Shown here: positions 34,211 to 40,161 of the stretch, in pieces
How positions within the stretch are numbered: the first letter of the stretch is position 1
Layout of the letters: each line of letters starts with the position of its first letter
Assembly (NCBI GenBank): GCA_030167865.1
Contig: JALAGF010004754.1
Span: 124,001-164,161, forward strand
Direction: 5' to 3'
Length of the DNA stretch: 40,161 nucleotides
Origin: Craspedostauros australis
Taxonomy: Eukaryota
The notes under the pieces: model-generated
Seen by the model: the letters and a program-made list of their open reading frames with translations, nothing else
What the model was told of the DNA's origin: nothing
The model's database searches: none
Made by a program: the position numbers and the translations under genes

Positions 34211-34270
34211 CATACGAATACAATACAAATACAATACGAATGCAATACGAATGCAATACGAATACAATAC
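34211..34270 (+). repeat. 11-bp minisatellite (caatacgaat[a/g]) x~5.5 just upstream of XRN2
   Basis: Units at 34221, 34232, 34243 and 34254, plus partial flanking units. Confidence 0.88.
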
Positions 34271-34314
34271 ATACCATTGCAAGCAGATCGATCGAGAAAG
34301 GAGCGGACTGAACC

Positions 34315-37300
34315 ATGGGAGTCCCAGCCTTCTACAGATGGCTGTCGGAGAAGTACCCGAAGATCATCGAGGATGTGCTGGAGGAGCGCGTCAAGGTGGT
34401 GGGGGATAACTCCTCCGTGCGGGTCCCTTTCGATGCCACCAAGCCCAACCCCTCGGGCATAGAGGTGGACAACCTGTACATAGACATGAACGGCATCATC
34501 CATCCGTGCGCCCATCCCGAGCAGGGGCCGCAACCGTCGACGGAGGAGGAGATGTACGAGAACGTGTGCAAGTATGTCGATCGGTTGTTCCGCATCATGC
34601 GACCCAGGAAGCTGCTCTACCTGGCCATCGACGGCGTGGCGCCCAGAGCCAAGATGAACCAGCAGCGATCGCGCCGATTCCGTTCCGCCCAAGAGGCGCG
34701 CGAGAAGCTGGAGGTCGAGGAGGGCGTGCGTGAGGAACTCCTCAAGATGGGACAGAAGGCCCCCGCGCCGAAGAAGGCGTGGGATTCCAACGTCATCACG
34801 CCAGGCACGCCCTTCATGCTGAGGCTGTCGGAGTTCCTCAGATTCTACGTGCGCAAGCGGATATCTACCGACAAGGCGTGGAGCTCGATCCGCGTCATCT
34901 TCAGCGACGCGTCCATCCCTGGAGAAGGAGAGCACAAGATCATGTCGCACGTCCGCTTGCAACGCAGCCAGCCGGGATACTCGCCCAACCTGGTCCACGT
35001 CCTCCATGGCCTGGATGCCGATCTCATCATGCTGGCCCTGGCAACGCACGAGGCGCACTTTTACATCTCACGTGAGGAGGTCCTGTTTGGTCGCAAGTCG
35101 CAGGAGCAGACCGAGCAACGGCGCATGGAGAACGGCTACCGCGACAAGCAGAGGCAGCTGGACGAGGCGGCAGGCGAGACCGCCATGAAGCTGCTGGAGA
35201 ACACGCAGAAGCCGCTGTGCCGTGTCAGCATTCCCATCCTGCGCGAGTACCTGGCGGTGGACTTCGCCAGCTGCATCGATCCCAGGAAGCTGTCATTCCA
35301 ACCATCGCTGGAACGTCTCATCGATGATTTCGTCTTCCTCTGCTTCTTCGTGGGAAATGACTTCCTTCCGCACCTCCCCAGCCTGGACATCCGTGATGGT
35401 GCGCTCGACTACCTCTACAACGTCTACAAGCGCCTTCTCCCGACGCTGGGCGGTTACATCACGAACCACGGTGGCAAGGTCAATTTGTCCCACGTCGATG
35501 TAATCCTCGCCGAGGTCGGTGCCATCGAGGATTACGTCTTCCAAATGAAGAATGACAACGCCAAACGCGATGCCGAGCGCAAGGAGCGGTTCCGCCAGCG
35601 CAAGAAGATGGCCAACGGACGAAGTCTCAATTCACCGCAAACGGCCATCGTCGAGGCTCCAAAGAAGGCGAGGGGCAAGGCGGCTCGCATTCTAGAAAAG
35701 CAGCAGGATAAGGAACACGAACTGAAACCTCCCAGCGAAAAAAAGATCAAGGTGTCTCATATGAAGTCCGATCAGAACCAAAAAGCCCTGGACAATCTCA
35801 AGGCCCTGCTGTCCAAGCCAAGCGGCAAGGCAAATGAGAAGGAGAAAGCAGATGGGGCAGCCATGGATGTGGAGAGCGGTGACGCGACCAATCTGAAGGG
35901 AGATGCTGCTGCTTCTGATGCTGCTAAGTGCGAATCGGGAAAACAATCTTCAGACGATCGTGGGGTGAAGCGAAAGGTCGACGCAGAGGATGGCAAAAAC
36001 GCCGCTGCCGACGCCACGACCGATTCCAATGGCGTTGGCGTCGTTGGCGATTTGAAGCAGGAGTTCGATGCTGATGAAGGTGATGATGATGATGATGACG
36101 ACGACAATGATGACACCAAGAGTAAAGGAAAGCTAGTCAAGATGCCCCAGATGACCGACGAACAGGCTGCCGCGGCCTTCAAGGAAAAGGTGAAGGCCAA
36201 GCAGCAGCTCCAGCTGGACGAGTACTCCAAGAACGTCGAGGATAAGGTCCGTTTGCATGAATCGGGTTGGAAGGATCGGTACTACTCTGACAAATGCAAG
36301 GCCGATGACGTCGCCGCGCATGGTGGCAGAGAGCATCTCTTCCGATCCTACGTCATGGGCCTTTGCTGGGTCATGAAGTACTACTACGAAGGCTGTCCAA
36401 GCTGGAAATGGTTCTACCCGTTCCATTACGCACCGTTCGCGTCGGATCTGCGCAACATCGAGCGCTTCGCAACCGATTGCGAGTCGTTCGAGCAGAGCAT
36501 TCCGTTCAACCCGGCTGAACAGCTCATGGCAGTGCTACCATCAGATTCCAGGAAGGCCGTTCCGCAGGCTGCGCGCTGGCTCATGGACGATCCCGAAAGT
36601 CCCATCCTGGACTTTTATCCCAAGGACGTCCCCGTGGACCCGAACGGAAAGGCCATGCCATGGCTGTGGGTCGTCCTCCTGCCTTTCATCGACGAGGAGA
36701 GATTGCTGGCAGCATTGTAAGTGCATCCCTTGCTTGCATGTGGTTATTTCACGGGCACGTTATGTTCCAGGCTGTTGCAGTACGATACTCGCCTGCATTA
36801 TGCACCAGCAATGGCTTTGTACAAAACAAATGACGCGATGCTGTTGTGAATCCGCAACAATGGCATTCCGTGTCGATTTTATTGTTGTCAACTCGTTTTG
36901 CATTCGGTGTTTCTCACTCTTGCTTTCTCTGCCTCTTTCTGCCCGTATTGTATTGCATATATCCCTGGAATTTGCATCCACAACGCCTCTGCAATTGACA
37001 GGTCGCCGACGATGAAGGATTGGACGCCGGAGGAACTTCTGGGAAACGCTCGCGGTTTGGATGACGGATACCTGTACATCAGCAGCAAGCATCCACTTGC
37101 GGCCAAGCTCGCACCTGTGGTTCAAAGCGGGAAGACTGCCAACTCCGCGAAGATCAGGCTAACGGATACTGCATCCTACGGCTGTGCCGGTTTCTCCGGA
37201 TCCGTGCGACCCCCGTTGAGCAACGAGATTGTACCATTCGGTGAGAATGAGGCCTTGGCACCTCCACCAGTGCCTTCGAATGCCGTCCTCACCAGTCACG

Positions 37301-38178
37301 ATGATCTGTTCTCAGAGAAGATCGTCGGCCACACGGCAATCTGCGTAACCTTCAGCGAACCTCCAAAGCTATCGCACAAGAGCATCCTGCTGCCTGGTGT
37401 GAAGCTTGCAAAGCCAACCCTCACCAATGATGACAAACGGATCCAACGCCCAAGGCTCAATCGTGGAGGAGCCACGATCGCGAATATGGGAACCAGCAAC
37501 GGGCAAAGCTACAAGGGAGGATACGGGAGCATGAACATGGGAAACTACGAACGCAACCTGGCTCAAAAGATGGGCCGTGGCAAGGAGATGTACCAGCCTG
37601 GTACGCGCCAGTGGGGAGCCATGGCACCAACGCCCAAGCAGGCCTTCAGATCGTCCAACCCGTTTTCACAAAATCGACAAGGGCAGAACGGTGGGATGCG
37701 ACACCAGCAGCAACAGCAACAGCCATTCAATAACAACCGACAGGGTCGTGGACAGCACCAGCAGCGACAGGGCGGGGGATACAACAATCGCAACCAATAC
37801 AACCAAGGTGGATACCAGCAGCAGCAACAACAGCAACAGCAACAGCTGTACAACCAGAACCGCCAGCAGCACCCAAGAGGAGGACCTCCGCAACAGCAGC
37901 AGTACAACCAGCACCGCCCTCAATTCAACAACCAACATCAGCAGCAGCATCAGATGGGTGGTCGAGGACATTATAACCAGCAGTTCCGTGGGCACCAGCA
38001 ACAGCAACAGCAGCAGCCACAGGGATTCAGTTTCCGCAGCCTTAACCAAAATCAGCAGCAGCAAAGGAGGCCGAATCCTCCTCCCGCACCTGCCCCATCC
38101 GCCAGAGCGAACGCCAGCGTCATGCAAAGTCTAAGAGCGCAGCTCGCCAGCACTTTGCAGAAGAACAAGAAGAAATAA
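34315..38178 (+). CDS. XRN2: 5'-3' exoribonuclease 2 (XRN2/Rat1 type, ~1192 aa); exons 34315-36716, 37002-38178
   Basis: MGVPAFYRWLSEKYP, DNLYIDMNGIIHPC, AIDGVAPRAKMNQQRSRRF, PGEGEHKI, GLDADLIML, VGNDFLPHLP, WFYPFHYAPFASD. The phase-2 intron 36717-37001 gives LLAAL-SPTMKDWTPEE. Confidence 0.93.
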
Positions 38179-38583
38179 AACTCAAGTTGAGTATGGTACC
38201 TTAGTACGACTGCTCTGGTGCTCCCCAGAGTGAGCAGAGTGACCTCTTTCCAGAGAGAATTCGAGCACGAGCCTCAACAGGAGCGCCGAGGCAGACTTGT
38301 CCTGAAAACCGTTGTGCACGTCTGTCGTCGTCCGTACTGTAGTCAAACTGGTTTGATGGAATCAATGAGGCGAACATCGCGAGAGTTTTGGCGCGAGATC
38401 TTACCGTAACAAAGGAACAAACGAAAGGTACCATTCGAATCCGGCCAACTGACAATTGAAAAAAGTGAAGTGGTTTCTGCAGATAGTGCCCCTTCCAGGA
38501 AGAGCAAGCAGAACTCGATGCACTCATAGTTCGTATAGTACTTCCCACATCAAGTCCGAACGGCGAGTGCAGCGATTCCAACC

Positions 38584-40161
38584 ATGGGTATCTTCCAACT
38601 GAACAGATCAGCTGGTGTGTTGCGGCGGCTGCACAATGCATCAGTCCAAAAGCGTCTGACTGCGAGATCTGATCTAGCGTGGAAATCAGCACGGTCATTG
38701 TCTGCGAAAACATGGCCAAGCAAGATGATCGAGTCCAACGGTGACTACCGCGACGAACAGCACATCGAACGACTCATCGGAGGACCGCTCTACCAACATC
38801 AGCACACCATCCCAAGGCTCCCCGTCCCCTCCATCGAAGACACCATCCAACGATTCCTCCCAACCGCATTGCCTCTGGCCAGAACAACCGACGAACAACA
38901 AGCACTCAAACAGGCATGTCACGACTTTCCACAACAGGCACAACAACTGCAACAGCGCCTCATTCAAAGACGAGAGGATGAAGGGAACAAGGACTCATCA
39001 TGGCTGCAGATGTGGTGGAATCAGATGGGATATCTCCAAGTGAGAGATCCTGTGGTTGTCAACGTGTCGTACTTCTTTCACTTCCTCGATGATCCCACCC
39101 TTCATTACACTGCCTGCAACAGCAATATCAGTAGCAATATCAGTAGCAATGTCAGTAGCAGTGCCAAGGTGAACGTCCAACGAGGTGCAGCTCTGCTGTA
39201 CAGCACCGCAGAGTTCCGAAAGATGGTGTGCACGGGACAGCTCACAGCTGAGGTCATCGGAAGCAAGACAAGAGGCAACCAAGCCCCGTTGTGCTCTGTC
39301 GCATACAAGTACATGTTCAACTCCTGTCGTGTGCCACAACGACAGCAGGATGCGTATCGCATGTACGATCCCAGCCAGCACACCCACAGCATCGTGAGTC
39401 GCAAGGGATACTTCTTCTCAATCGAGCTGGTGGACGGTGAGAGTCAGGATCCGTTGCCCATCGAGGTGTTGGAGGCTCAGTTGGAGCGTTGTATTGAGAT
39501 GGCGGATGATCTATCATGTGTTGGTGCATCAGACATGTCATCCGATATGGCGTTAGATGTGACATCAGACATGGCTTCAGGCATGGCATTGTCACTGTCA
39601 CCACGAGCCAAGCTGGGTTTGCTGACCAGCCAGAACAGAGATGACTGGGCCGATGGCAGACAGCAGCTCCTCGATATCGGTGGTGATGCCTTCGGCAAGG
39701 ATCTGGAACGCTTGGAGAGCGGCGCCATCCTTCTCAACCTCGATGATCACTCGCCTGTGTCGCGACAGGAGTGTGGAGAGATGTGCTGGACGGGAGGGAT
39801 GAAGGGCGGTCACAACCGTTGGTTTGACAAGTCGATCCAGGTGTGCGTGTCCGAGAACGGGAAGAGTGGGTTCTTGGGTGAGCATTCGATGATGGATGGC
39901 ATGCCATGTGTGAGGTATGCGGACTACATCACAGGAGTGACGTATGCTGAGGCCAAGCGTCGATCTCATGCCAAGTATGGCACAGAAGCAGGAGCGTCAT
40001 CGTCATTGATGATGGATGTGTCATCGATGGTGAATGAGCTGTTTGGTGAGATCTTGTCTTCCACCCATGGTGGTCCCAACGGTGTTGCCAATGGTGCGAA
40101 CAGTGCCAGCTCGGATAGCAAGATGATTGTTGATCTTGTGGATGTTGCACAGGCTTCGTTC
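38584..40161 (+). CDS. Choline/carnitine O-acyltransferase family (carnitine acetyltransferase-like), probably mitochondrial; 3' end beyond the window
   Basis: Open frame from ATG 38584 to the edge, translated by hand: IPRLPVPSIEDTIQRF, SWLQMWWNQMGYL..RDPVVVNVSYF, YKYMFNSCRVP, NRWFDKSIQ, catalytic GEHSMMDG. Arg/Ser-rich N-terminus MGIFQLNRSAGVLRRLHNAS. Confidence 0.92.
   Translation, partial: MGIFQLNRSAGVLRRLHNASVQKRLTARSDLAWKSARSLSAKTWPSKMIESNGDYRDEQHIERLIGGPLYQHQHTIPRLPVPSIEDTIQRFLPTALPLARTTDEQQALKQACHDFPQQAQQLQQRLIQRREDEGNKDSSWLQMWWNQMGYLQVRDPVVVNVSYFFHFLDDPTLHYTACNSNISSNISSNVSSSAKVNVQRGAALLYSTAEFRKMVCTGQLTAEVIGSKTRGNQAPLCSVAYKYMFNSCRVPQRQQDAYRMYDPSQHTHSIVSRKGYFFSIELVDGESQDPLPIEVLEAQLERCIEMADDLSCVGASDMSSDMALDVTSDMASGMALSLSPRAKLGLLTSQNRDDWADGRQQLLDIGGDAFGKDLERLESGAILLNLDDHSPVSRQECGEMCWTGGMKGGHNRWFDKSIQVCVSENGKSGFLGEHSMMDGMPCVRYADYITGVTYAEAKRRSHAKYGTEAGASSSLMMDVSSMVNELFGEILSSTHGGPNGVANGANSASSDSKMIVDLVDVAQASF

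Noticed and set aside
34211-34270. Short repeats as a CRISPR-like array
   Set aside because: Contiguous 11-bp units without spacers, eukaryotic context, no cas genes.
34141-35058. Long antisense ORFs (also 3584-4384, 8249-8899, 22838-23581, 32098-32952)
   Set aside because: Shadows of GC3-biased real genes on the opposite strand.

Overview
Gene-dense eukaryotic nuclear DNA, very probably from a diatom or related stramenopile. The evidence is GT-AG introns, bipartite signal-peptide plus 'SAF/NAF' plastid-targeting N-termini, and a CxxC..H..C domain I recognise from diatom proteins; the species cannot be determined from the sequence. Ten protein genes are supported: a divergent kinesin (-), a membrane-anchored cyclophilin (+, 1 intron), a ~2288-aa multidomain MRG-type chromatin protein (-, 3 exons that the ORF track splits into three ORFs), a plastid S1-domain RNA-binding protein (+), a KDM4-type JmjC demethylase (-), a plastid DCC/DUF393 oxidoreductase (+), a PZP (PHD-Zn knuckle-ePHD) protein (-, 1 intron), a cyclin J-like cyclin (+, 3 exons), XRN2 (+, 1 intron) and a mitochondrial carnitine acyltransferase running off the right edge (+, absent from the ORF track). 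The first ~1.45 kb looks like a decayed repeat with a CpG-deamination signature. I saw no rRNA, tRNA, CRISPR array or intact transposon. I cannot demonstrate a new biological system. The best candidates are the unusual giant chromatin protein (5 HhH-like repeats, a SET-like remnant, an MRG domain and a Zn module) and its co-location with KDM4-type and PZP genes. All domain calls are by-eye motif recognition, and all splice models were checked only for GT-AG and reading frame.
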